Notes under the pieces: generated by a model
The model's database searches: none
What the model was told of the DNA's origin: nothing
Seen by the model: only the letters and a program-made list of their open reading frames with translations
Program-made: the position numbers and the translations under genes
DNA from: Trypanosoma brucei
Lineage: Eukaryota
Direction: 5' to 3'
NCBI GenBank assembly: GCA_000002445.1
Contig: CP000067.1
Span: 1,152,001 to 1,216,000 of the forward strand
Length of the DNA stretch: 64,000 bases
Shown here: positions 29,604 through 39,875 of the stretch, in pieces
How positions within the stretch are numbered: position 1 is the stretch's first letter
Layout: each line of letters starts with the position of its first letter

Positions 29604-30722
29604 GATACTGGTAACTCAACGTAATCCAACGTGAAAACTACAAGACAAAAAGGGAATAATAACAAAGTATTGGTACAGGATTAAGAGACTGCATATGTAC
29701 AGATATGTTGGATTGTGACACAATAAGAGTCCATATGATAATTGTATATAAGAGTGTAGGAAAGGGAACTATTATGATGGATAGCGTTATATAAACCATA
29801 ACAGTGAGAAAGTAATTCAACATACATTTCCCTATACACACATCATTCATGTATCCGATACAAAAACATAAAACATCACTAGGCACAAGAGTAAATGTGT
29901 AAATAGAGCATTATAATATCATAGACTGGATGCCAGTAACAAAAACAAAGCACACTAGCAGTCACAGTTAACATTCAACTGGCAACAGCATGGCAGACAT
30001 TGTTCAGTTTCATATTCCTTGGTTGTCTAAAGGTAAAATAGAAAGAATGGGTCTGAGGGAATATGAGGAAAGTTACAATAAGCATATGAAAACATGCAGG
30101 AAGCTATGCACAGGTATTAGATGTTGCAAATAGTTGTCGGCAGCAGTTTCATTTGAGAAGTACCTCTCACAAGCCAAAATCTCCAAAGGAGAAATGTAAA
30201 AAGGGATTGAAGCAAACACGGAAAATAAACACCAGATGATAGTTTTACTTCATGGCAACCCCCACTTCACGGGTTTCACCTTCTTATCGTACACGTCTTT
30301 AGGTGTATGAACACAACTGATAACAACACATTAGAGGTAGAGAACCTCACTTGACCACAGCACACACAAACGGCAATTTAAGCTTATTTAACTAATAAAT
30401 ATATTATTTAAAAGAGTGAGATAATCAAAAGTGGTATGGGTGCTCACATCCAATTCCACACCAAAAACAAGAAGATTTGCGATCTTCAAACACAGCTATC
30501 AAAAGGAGATTACCCATGTCAGAAATAAGGAGCACATTAGTGCATGGAGGTGGTTAAAATCCACAACATATCATTTTATTACATGCACAACAAAAGAAAA
30601 GGGACAATTAGTCGCCACTTTATACAAAATAAATCTAAAGAAAAGATTGCACACATGATGTAAAATAACTTATTCATTCACTTCAATAGCAAAGCGCACA
30701 TACAGCAATGTTACGGGGAATA

Positions 30723-33700
30723 TTAGCTGGCAGCGCTAACATTTTCCTGTTCAATCAATTGCACGGTACCACAGCGTCCCTCAACGCAGGAGGAACTTGA
30801 GGATGAAGCAAGCATTATAGCAGCTGCTCCTCCAGGTGAGAAGAGACTTCCGCCCCTTTCAAAAGAAGCCACACTACCAGAGGTATTTCTCGTTCCAAAA
30901 TCCATAACACAACCCACCTTCGCAGCAATCCGACGAGTGACACAGCGGCAACTGGCTTCATTCCAAGCATCCATACCTGGGGGTTTCTTAACACGCCAAC
31001 GCTCACAAAAAGTTGCAAGCATCTTCTGTCGCTGGGTAGCAGGGAATGTGCCAAGCAGAGCATCAATGCAACCAGCAACTTGTTGGGCAGTGGCAGTTAA
31101 ACCACGTTCAGGAGATCCCGACCCACTGGTGATACTACCAGTTACATTATCTTCTTCCTCCTCAAATTCACGGTCAAGGCGCAGAGCAGCAAAGGTACGG
31201 CCAGGTACAGCATTCAACTGGTACATTTCCACAGGCTTCGGCACACCACGTAGCGGCACATCACCCAAAGGCGTTACATTAATTTGCTCACGCTCTTTAC
31301 CACTCAGTGACAGGTATGTTGAGCGCGTCATCAGCACCTGACCACCGTTACCAACACTCTCCGTGCGTGCTGCCATGTTGGATGTGCGTCCATAATAGTC
31401 GTAACCTTTCGTTACTTCATCATGACGAATATCACACAATCCAGTATGAATCCCCACACGTACACGCAACCCATTCCACAGTTGCCGATAAACCTCAGGG
31501 TCCAGGCTCGCAGTTGGTGGTGTGTAATCACTGTCATCTTCCGCACGCTTTCGTTCGAATTCACGGTAAGACTCATCAAGCTCAGTGGTCTTCCAGTCAT
31601 GGTTTAGAAAATCACGTTGCAAGTCACATGCGAGTTGTGCAGCAGCGAAGGGACTTTTACACGCAATCATAAAAGAGTCTCCAACAGTTTTCACTTCGTA
31701 GCACTCATACCGTGTGATGAGGGAGCGGATCAAACGGTGATGTGTTGCCACAAGGTCAGGCATTTGCTCAGGGTGTGCTGCCCACTGCGCTGTACTGCTC
31801 TCGATATCAGTGAATATTAATGTTACGGGGTCTGTTGGTTCCTTGGGAGCATTATTATTGTCACGGGCGTTCCGGCGTGATGATCTTATGACAAGTACCA
31901 GAACCGTAACAAACAGTGCCAATACAACAACGCAGCTGACTGCTACAGCAGCAATATGCTTATATATTAGTCGAATCCATTTTGGTTCATCATACTTCAT
32001 CGAGGGTGTGACGTGAGTCACCACAGGAGACACGGAAGGATTCAGAACACGTGACATCGACCATACAGAAATATGCGTCGCACCATAGTTCACAGCACAG
32101 TGTTTCTCTTCAAATGAAGCTCCGTTAGTACACTTGTCATCAAAAGGACCATATCGCATATCATCAACTGTAATGACAGATTGGCTGAAGATGGCGTCTA
32201 CAAGCTCCTCCGGCGTTACATGTCCCATACGTTGCAGGACATTTATCATTGCACGTGCGGTGACATATCCAAGTAATGACAATGGCTTCCACTTCGACTC
32301 ATCTCGTACAACTCTGTGGAACTCACGTACCAAATCGGATTCCGTGTTCTTATCTCCCCAATGTGGCAGATTCGTTGCGAATAGCAGACGGTCAGCAAAT
32401 GGCTTGTCACGGAAGGCACTCACAAGTTCATCATAGAGTAACGCAACATCAAAGAACGGGACAAAGATACGCACATTATGGTGTTTGCCAAGGTGAGAGA
32501 GGATTATGGGGATATCATCTGAGATGAGACCTGCAACTAATACCTCACCTGCAGTCGGTAGCTTGTCTCTCAAAGTAGAACCTTCACCACTCGCAACAAA
32601 GGAGCTTAATGACGCAAAAAAGTAGTCAAGTGTTTTGTTCAGCATCTCTCCAATATCTTTCGTATCACCACTACGCACAATGGCATGCATCTTTCCAGCA
32701 CCATTTTGTATGATATGCTCAACTATCACGAATAGTTGTTGCTCAAGTGTTGGTGACAGGTGGATCACATTCCTTCTGGGGTTACTCAGTTGTGGTGTGA
32801 GTGTTATGGGATCGATGAATGCCATACCCTTCGTCGACAGTAACGAATCATCCACAACACCAAACACAGCAGTTACAACTCGCTTCTCCACTTCATCATA
32901 CAGAGCTGTAGAAGTATCATGAGATTTCGAGGATAGCCAGTGTAAAAAGAATCTATCAGAGTGACCAAGTTGACCCTTTCCAACAACATAAAAGGCACCA
33001 TCGTATATTGCCTCTGCAGTACGCAGTGCCTTTGGGTCATCAGTTAGTTTAAACATGATGCCACTCAATGGGGCGTACAGCTGTGACAGGTCTCTATAGC
33101 AGCGAGATGAAGTAAGAGCTAATACACCTTCCTTCATAGGGTACAGACGGAGATCCTTTCCCATCTTCTTCATGTACACCACATTCCCACCCTGATTACA
33201 TAAACATGATGCACCCCGCTCACCCGCCATACCACGGCACTCACCACCAAAGTCACCAACAACAATATCATCAATTACATAACGACGTTGATTGTAAAGT
33301 GATGTAATAAATGCATCCCTGCTAGTCAGCCATTCGCGACAACTCAGTGCTTGTTTCAATACCTCTCCAGCAATCCATCCGTCAACCATCAGCTCAGCTT
33401 CAGTGTCTTGCTCGGTGAAGTTGCTTTCGTCAACATTTAGGTTAACATTCCATTGTCCAGTGCCACTCAGAATATCTTTCTTTTCCTTCAGGTACTTTGC
33501 CATATCACCCTTGAATCGTTTGATTGCATCATAGCCATCATCCTTCGCAAGTGGATTAGTCCCAGTTATTATTATCTTATCAGGCACAAACCTGTCTCTA
33601 CCCAATTCCTTTTCCCACTTATTCTCAATGACATATTGGAGTGTAGAGGGTATGAGCAAATATCCACCTTTTGTCCTTTCATCTTCTAATGATTTCATTA

Positions 33701-34466
33701 GGAATTTCTTCGTATCATTGATTGGAGAGCCAAATACAATCACACCCTGAGGTCGAGTATTTGCAAACTTATCCCACTCCGCACTGAAGCTACTGTCATC
33801 CGATTCCTTACCAATTTGACTCTTCAATGCAAAAACACCGCACAGTTTGCGATCCATCCGTGTTGTCAATTCCACAGCAAGCTTATATTCATCATCACCA
33901 TAAGAAACATCTTTCAAGTACATGAAACCCAGCCGATGTAACCGTAACTGAGTGATAGCATAACGGAGAAGAGCAAGCATCTCAGCAGCGGGTGATGCTG
34001 TCAGGAAGTACAGATTAGGATTCCAACTGCGTACCTTACTGGATCCTGTGAAGGGTGAGAAACTAATCACATTCTTTTCTTTGAAATATTTCAAGAGACC
34101 TAGAGTGTTTTTATCACCCACAGGTCCCAGTATAACAGGGAGTTCCTCACCATTATTGTCGTTGCTAAAGGACGTTTCGCTATTTAAATGACCAACATAA
34201 TCTGAATCATTCTTCGGTGGAACATATACCACTTCCACATTAGCACCTGACGGCGGGTTCCCGTTGGTAATGGATGCGTTGAAGCCTGCAATAATAGGAT
34301 CATATATCTTTGCTGAAATCTTGTTACTGTATAACATGTTGTATACCTTCACCTGTATTTTATCATTTGCAAGTGATGATGCAGTCAGCACCTGTAGTAA
34401 CAGAGAAAACACTAGGTAAGTGACTGCGCCATCTCTAACATACAATTCACGCATGAAGGTAACCAT
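30723..34466 (-). CDS. GRESAG4: receptor-type adenylate cyclase GRESAG4-like, array copy 4, 1247 aa
   Basis: Full-length paralogue. It carries a unique patch with a 4-aa insertion near the N-terminus (VPPKNDSDYVGHLNSETSFSNDNNGEELPV), and the patches TKDIGEMLNKTLDYFFAS and PSMKYDEPKWIRLIYKHIAAVAVS next to the TM helix. Confidence 0.95.
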   Translation of the reverse strand: MVTFMRELYVRDGAVTYLVFSLLLQVLTASSLANDKIQVKVYNMLYSNKISAKIYDPIIAGFNASITNGNPPSGANVEVVYVPPKNDSDYVGHLNSETSFSNDNNGEELPVILGPVGDKNTLGLLKYFKEKNVISFSPFTGSSKVRSWNPNLYFLTASPAAEMLALLRYAITQLRLHRLGFMYLKDVSYGDDEYKLAVELTTRMDRKLCGVFALKSQIGKESDDSSFSAEWDKFANTRPQGVIVFGSPINDTKKFLMKSLEDERTKGGYLLIPSTLQYVIENKWEKELGRDRFVPDKIIITGTNPLAKDDGYDAIKRFKGDMAKYLKEKKDILSGTGQWNVNLNVDESNFTEQDTEAELMVDGWIAGEVLKQALSCREWLTSRDAFITSLYNQRRYVIDDIVVGDFGGECRGMAGERGASCLCNQGGNVVYMKKMGKDLRLYPMKEGVLALTSSRCYRDLSQLYAPLSGIMFKLTDDPKALRTAEAIYDGAFYVVGKGQLGHSDRFFLHWLSSKSHDTSTALYDEVEKRVVTAVFGVVDDSLLSTKGMAFIDPITLTPQLSNPRRNVIHLSPTLEQQLFVIVEHIIQNGAGKMHAIVRSGDTKDIGEMLNKTLDYFFASLSSFVASGEGSTLRDKLPTAGEVLVAGLISDDIPIILSHLGKHHNVRIFVPFFDVALLYDELVSAFRDKPFADRLLFATNLPHWGDKNTESDLVREFHRVVRDESKWKPLSLLGYVTARAMINVLQRMGHVTPEELVDAIFSQSVITVDDMRYGPFDDKCTNGASFEEKHCAVNYGATHISVWSMSRVLNPSVSPVVTHVTPSMKYDEPKWIRLIYKHIAAVAVSCVVVLALFVTVLVLVIRSSRRNARDNNNAPKEPTDPVTLIFTDIESSTAQWAAHPEQMPDLVATHHRLIRSLITRYECYEVKTVGDSFMIACKSPFAAAQLACDLQRDFLNHDWKTTELDESYREFERKRAEDDSDYTPPTASLDPEVYRQLWNGLRVRVGIHTGLCDIRHDEVTKGYDYYGRTSNMAARTESVGNGGQVLMTRSTYLSLSGKEREQINVTPLGDVPLRGVPKPVEMYQLNAVPGRTFAALRLDREFEEEEDNVTGSITSGSGSPERGLTATAQQVAGCIDALLGTFPATQRQKMLATFCERWRVKKPPGMDAWNEASCRCVTRRIAAKVGCVMDFGTRNTSGSVASFERGGSLFSPGGAAAIMLASSSSSSCVEGRCGTVQLIEQENVSAAS

Positions 34467-35585
34467 GATACTGGTAACTCAACGTAATCCAACGTGAAAA
34501 CTACAAGACAAAAAGGGAATAATAACAAAGTATTGGTACAGGATTAAGAGACTGCATATGTACAGATATGTTGGATTGTGACACAATAAGAGTCCATATG
34601 ATAATTGTATATAAGAGTGTAGGAAAGGGAACTATTATGATGGATAGCGTTATATAAACCATAACAGTGAGAAAGTAATTCAACATACATTCCCCTATAC
34701 ACACATCATTCATGTATCCGATACAAAAACAGAAAACATCACTAGGCACAAGAGTAAATGTGTAAATAGAGCATTATAATATCATAGACTGGATGCCAGT
34801 AATAAAAACAAAGCACACTAGCAGTCACAGTTAACATTCAACTGACAACAGCATGGCAGACATTGTTCAGTTTCATATTCCTTGGTTGTCTAAAGGTAAA
34901 ATAGAAAGAATGGGTCTGAGGGAATATGAGGAAAGTTACAATAAGCATATGAAAACATGCAGGAAGCTATGCACAGGTATTAGATGTTGTAAATAGTTGT
35001 CGGCAGCAGTTTCATTTGAGAAGTACCTCTCACAAGCCAAAATCTCCAAAGGAGAAATGTAAAAAGGGATTGAAGCAAACACGGAAAATAAACACCAGAT
35101 GATAGTTTTACTTCATGGCAACCCCCACTTCACGGGTTTCACCTTCTTATCGTACACATCTTTAGGTGTATGAACACAACTGATAACAACACATTAGAGG
35201 TAGAGAACCTCACTTGACCACAGCACACACAAACGGCAATTTAAGCTTATTGAACTAATAAATATATTATTTAAAAGAGTGAGATAATCAAAAGTGGTGT
35301 AGGTGCTCACATCCAATTCCACACCAAAAACAAGAAGATTTGCGATCTTCAAACACAGTTCTCAAAAGGAGATTACCCATGTCAGAAATAAGGAGCGCAT
35401 TAGTGCATGGAGGTGGTTAAAATCCACAACATATCACTTTATTACATGCACAACAAAAGGAAAGGTACAATGGATAGCCACTTTATACAAAATAAATCTA
35501 AAGAAAAGATTGCACACATGATGTAAAACAACTTATTCATTCACTTCAATAGCAAAGCGCACATATAGCAATGTTACGGGGAATA

Positions 35586-38500
35586 TTAGCTGGCAGCGCT
35601 AACATTTTCCAAGTCAATCAATTGTACGCCGCTACAATCACCTTCACCGCAGAAGGAACTTGAGGATGAAGCAAGCATTATAGCAGCTGCTCCTCCAGGT
35701 GAGAAGAGACTTCCGCCCCTTTCAAAAGATCCACCGCTACCAGAGGTATTTCTCGTTCCAAAATCCATAACACAACCCACCTTCGCAGCAATCCGACGAG
35801 TGACACAGCGGCAACTGGCTTCATTCCAAGCATCCATACCTGGGGGTTTCTTAACACGCCAACGCTCACAAAAAGTTGCAAGCATCTTCTGTCGCTGGGT
35901 AGCAGGGAATGTGCCAAGCAGAGCATCAATACAACCAGCAACTTGTTGGGCAGTGGCAGTTAAACCATGTGCGAAAGATCCCGACCCACTGGTGATACTA
36001 CCAGTTACATTATCTTCTTCCTCCTCAGCTTCACGGTCAAGGCGCAGAGCAGCAAAGGTACGGCCAGGTACAGCATTCAACTGGTACATTTCCACAGGCT
36101 TCGGCACACCACGTAGCGGCACATCACCCAAAGGCGTTACATTAAGTTGCTCACGCTCTTCACCACTCAGTGACAGGTATGTTGAGCGCGTCATCAGCAC
36201 CTGACCACCGTTACCAACACTCTCCGTGCGTGCTGCCATGTTGGATGTGCGTCCATAATAGTCGTAACCTTTCGTTACTTCATCATGACGAATATCACAC
36301 AATCCAGTATGAATCCCCACACGTACACGCAACCCATTCCACAGTTGCCGATAAACCTCAGGGTCCAGGCTCGCAGTTGGTGGTGTGTAATCACTGTCAT
36401 CTTCCGCACGCTTTCGTTCGAATTCACGGTAAGACTCATCAAGCTCAGTGGTCTTCCAGTCATGGTTTAGAAAATCACGTTGCAAGTCACATGCGAGTTG
36501 TGCAGCAGCGAAGGGACTTTTACACGCAATCATAAAAGAGTCTCCAACAGTTTTCACTTCGTAGCACTCATACCGTGTGATGAGGGAGCGGATCAAACGG
36601 TGATGTGTTGCCACAAGGTCAGGCATTTGCTCAGGGTGTGCTGCCCACTGCGCTGTACTGCTCTCGATATCAGTGAATATTAATGTTACGGGGTCTGTTG
36701 GTTCCTTGGGAGCATTATTATTGTCACGGGCGTTCCGGCGTGATGATCTTATGACAAGTACCAGAACCGTAACAAACAGTGCCAATACAACAGCGCAGCT
36801 GACTGCAATAGCAGCAATGTGTCCTCTCTTAAGTCGAAACCCTTCTGTGTCACCGTATTTCATCGAGGGTGTGACGTGAGTCACCACAGGAGACACGAAA
36901 GGATTCAGGACACGTGACATCGACCATACAGAAATATGCGTCGCACCATAGTTCACAGCACAGTGTTTCTCTTCAAATGAAGCTCCGTTAGTACACTTGT
37001 CATCAAAAGGACCATATCGCATATCATCAACTGTAATGACAGATTGGCTGAAGATGGCGTCTACAAGCTCCTCCGGCGTTACATGTCCCATACGTTGCAG
37101 GACATTTATCATTGCACGTGCGGTGACATATCCAAGTAATGACAATGGCTTCCACTTCGACTCATCTCGTACAACTCTGTGGAACTCACGTACCAAATCG
37201 GATTCCGTGTTCTTATCTCCCCAATGTGGCAGATTCGTTGCGAATAGCAGACGGTCAGCAAATGGCTTGTCACGGAAGGCACTCACAAGTTCATCATAGA
37301 GTAACGCAACATCAAAGAACGGGACAAAGATACGCACATTATGGTGTTTGCCAAGGTGAGAGAGGATTATGGGGATATCATCTGAGATGAGACCTGCAAC
37401 CAACACCTCACCTGCAGTCGGTAGCTTGTCTCTCAAAGTAGAACCTTCACCACTCGCAACAAAGGAGCTTAATGACGCGTTAAAGATATCAAGTGTTTTT
37501 TGCAACACTTTCCTAACTCCTCTCGTATCACCACTACGCACAATGGCATGCATCTTTCCTGCACCATTTTGTATGATATGCTCAACTATCACGAATAGTT
37601 GTTGCTCAAGTGTTGGTGACAGGTGGATCACATTCCTTCTGGGGTTACTCAGTTGTGGTGTGAGTGTTATAGGATCGATGAATGCCATACCCTTCGTCGA
37701 CAGTAACGAATCATCCACAACACCAAACACAGCAGTTACAACTCGCTTCTCCACTTCATCATACAGAGCTGTAGAAGTATCATGAGATTTCGAGGATAGC
37801 CAGTGTAAAAAGAATCTATCAGAGTGACCAAGTTGACCCTTTCCAACAACATAAAAGGCACCATCGTATATTGCCTCTGCAGTACGCAGTGCCTTTGGGT
37901 CATCAGTTAGTTTAAACATGATGCCACTCAATGGGGCGTACAGCTGTGACAGATCTCTATAGCAGCGAGATGAAGTAAGAGCTAATACACCTTCCTTCAT
38001 AGGGTACAGACGATGATCCTCTTCCATCTTCTTCATGTACACCACATTCCCACCCTGATTACATAAACATGATGCACCCCGCTCACCCGCCATACCACGG
38101 CACTCACCACCAAAGTCACCAACAACAATATCATCAATTACATAACGACGTTGATTGTAAAGTGATGTAATAAATGCATCCCTGCTAGTTAGCCATTCGC
38201 GACAACTCAGTGCTTGTTTCAATACCTCTCCAGCAATCCATCCACTCACCATCAGCTCACCTTCAGTGTCTTGCTCGGTGAAGTTGCTTTCGTCAACATT
38301 TAAGTTAACATTCCAATTATCTTTCGAAAAATTATTTCTGTTAAGTTTCAGGTACTTTGCCATATCATCCTTGGATCGTTTGATTGCATCATAGCCATCA
38401 TCCTTCGCAAGTGGATTAGTCCCAGTTATTATTATCTTATCAGGCACAAACCTGTCTCTACCCAATTCCTTTGCCCACTTATTCTCAATGACATATTGGA

Positions 38501-39317
38501 GTGTAGAGGGTATGAGCAAATATCCACCTTTTGTCCTTTCATCTTCTAATGATTTAATTAGGAATTTCTTCGTATCAGGGATTGGAGAGCCAAATACAAT
38601 CACACCCTGAGGTCGAGCATTTGCAAACTTATCCCACTCCGCACTGAAGCTACTGTCATCCGATTCCTTACCAATTTGACTCTTCAATGCAAAAACACCG
38701 CACAGTTTGCGATCCATCCGTGTTGTCAATTCCACAGCAAGCTTATATTCATCATCACCATAAGAAACATCTTTCAAGTACATGAAACCCAGCCGATGTA
38801 ACCGTAACTGAGTGATAGCATAACGGAGAAGAGCAAGCATCTCAGCAGCGGGTGATGCTGTCAGGAAGTACAGATTAGGATTCCAACTGCGTACCTTACT
38901 GGATCCTGTGAAGGGTGAGAAACTAGTCACATTCTTTTCTTTGAAATATTTCAAGAGACCTAGAGTGTTTTTATCACCCACAGGTCCCAGTATAACAGGG
39001 AGTTCCTTACCATCATGGGTTGTCATGTGTTTCCCGAGATAGTCAGCATATTTAGAATCATCCATGGTTGGAACATATACCACTTCCACATTAGCACCTG
39101 ACGGCGGGTTTCCGTTGGTAATGGATGCGTTGAAGCCTGCAATAATAGGATCATATATCTTTGCTGAAATCTTGTTACTGTATAACATGTTGTATACCTT
39201 CACCTGTATTTTATCATTTGCAAGTGATGATGCAGTCAGCACCTGTAGTAACAGAGAAAACACTAGGTAAGTGACTGCGCCATCTCTAACATACAATTCA
39301 CGCATGAAGGTAACCAT
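35586..39317 (-). CDS. GRESAG4: receptor-type adenylate cyclase GRESAG4-like, array copy 5, 1243 aa
   Basis: Full-length paralogue with the same domain order. Variant patches include KKMEEDHRLYPM (also found in copy 6) and LDREAEEEEDN. Confidence 0.95.
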   Translation of the reverse strand: MVTFMRELYVRDGAVTYLVFSLLLQVLTASSLANDKIQVKVYNMLYSNKISAKIYDPIIAGFNASITNGNPPSGANVEVVYVPTMDDSKYADYLGKHMTTHDGKELPVILGPVGDKNTLGLLKYFKEKNVTSFSPFTGSSKVRSWNPNLYFLTASPAAEMLALLRYAITQLRLHRLGFMYLKDVSYGDDEYKLAVELTTRMDRKLCGVFALKSQIGKESDDSSFSAEWDKFANARPQGVIVFGSPIPDTKKFLIKSLEDERTKGGYLLIPSTLQYVIENKWAKELGRDRFVPDKIIITGTNPLAKDDGYDAIKRSKDDMAKYLKLNRNNFSKDNWNVNLNVDESNFTEQDTEGELMVSGWIAGEVLKQALSCREWLTSRDAFITSLYNQRRYVIDDIVVGDFGGECRGMAGERGASCLCNQGGNVVYMKKMEEDHRLYPMKEGVLALTSSRCYRDLSQLYAPLSGIMFKLTDDPKALRTAEAIYDGAFYVVGKGQLGHSDRFFLHWLSSKSHDTSTALYDEVEKRVVTAVFGVVDDSLLSTKGMAFIDPITLTPQLSNPRRNVIHLSPTLEQQLFVIVEHIIQNGAGKMHAIVRSGDTRGVRKVLQKTLDIFNASLSSFVASGEGSTLRDKLPTAGEVLVAGLISDDIPIILSHLGKHHNVRIFVPFFDVALLYDELVSAFRDKPFADRLLFATNLPHWGDKNTESDLVREFHRVVRDESKWKPLSLLGYVTARAMINVLQRMGHVTPEELVDAIFSQSVITVDDMRYGPFDDKCTNGASFEEKHCAVNYGATHISVWSMSRVLNPFVSPVVTHVTPSMKYGDTEGFRLKRGHIAAIAVSCAVVLALFVTVLVLVIRSSRRNARDNNNAPKEPTDPVTLIFTDIESSTAQWAAHPEQMPDLVATHHRLIRSLITRYECYEVKTVGDSFMIACKSPFAAAQLACDLQRDFLNHDWKTTELDESYREFERKRAEDDSDYTPPTASLDPEVYRQLWNGLRVRVGIHTGLCDIRHDEVTKGYDYYGRTSNMAARTESVGNGGQVLMTRSTYLSLSGEEREQLNVTPLGDVPLRGVPKPVEMYQLNAVPGRTFAALRLDREAEEEEDNVTGSITSGSGSFAHGLTATAQQVAGCIDALLGTFPATQRQKMLATFCERWRVKKPPGMDAWNEASCRCVTRRIAAKVGCVMDFGTRNTSGSGGSFERGGSLFSPGGAAAIMLASSSSSFCGEGDCSGVQLIDLENVSAAS

Positions 39318-39875
39318 GATACTGGTAACTCAACGTAATCCAACGTGAAAACTACAAGACAAAAAGGGAATAATAACAAAGTATTGGTACAGGATTAAGA
39401 GACTGCATATGTACAGATATGTTGGATTGTGACACAATAAGAGTCCATATGATAATTGTATATAAGAGTGTAGGAAAGGGAACTATTATAATGGATAGCG
39501 TTATATAAACCATAACAGTGAGAAAGTAATTCAACACACATTTCCCTATACACACATCATTCATGTATCCGATACAAAAACATAAAACATCACTAGGCAC
39601 AAGAGTAAATGTGTAAATAGAGCATTATAATATCATAGACTGGATGCCAGTAACAAAAACAAAGCACACTAGCAGTCACAGTTAACATTCAACTGGCAAC
39701 AGCATGGGAGACATTGTTCAGTTTCATATTCCTTGGTTGTCTAAAGGTAAAAGAGAAAGAATGGGTGTGAGGGAATATGAGGAAAGTTACAATAAGCATA
39801 TGGAAACATGCAGGAAGCGATGCACAGGTATTAGATGTTGCTAGTATTTGTCTCCAACAATATGATGTCGATATT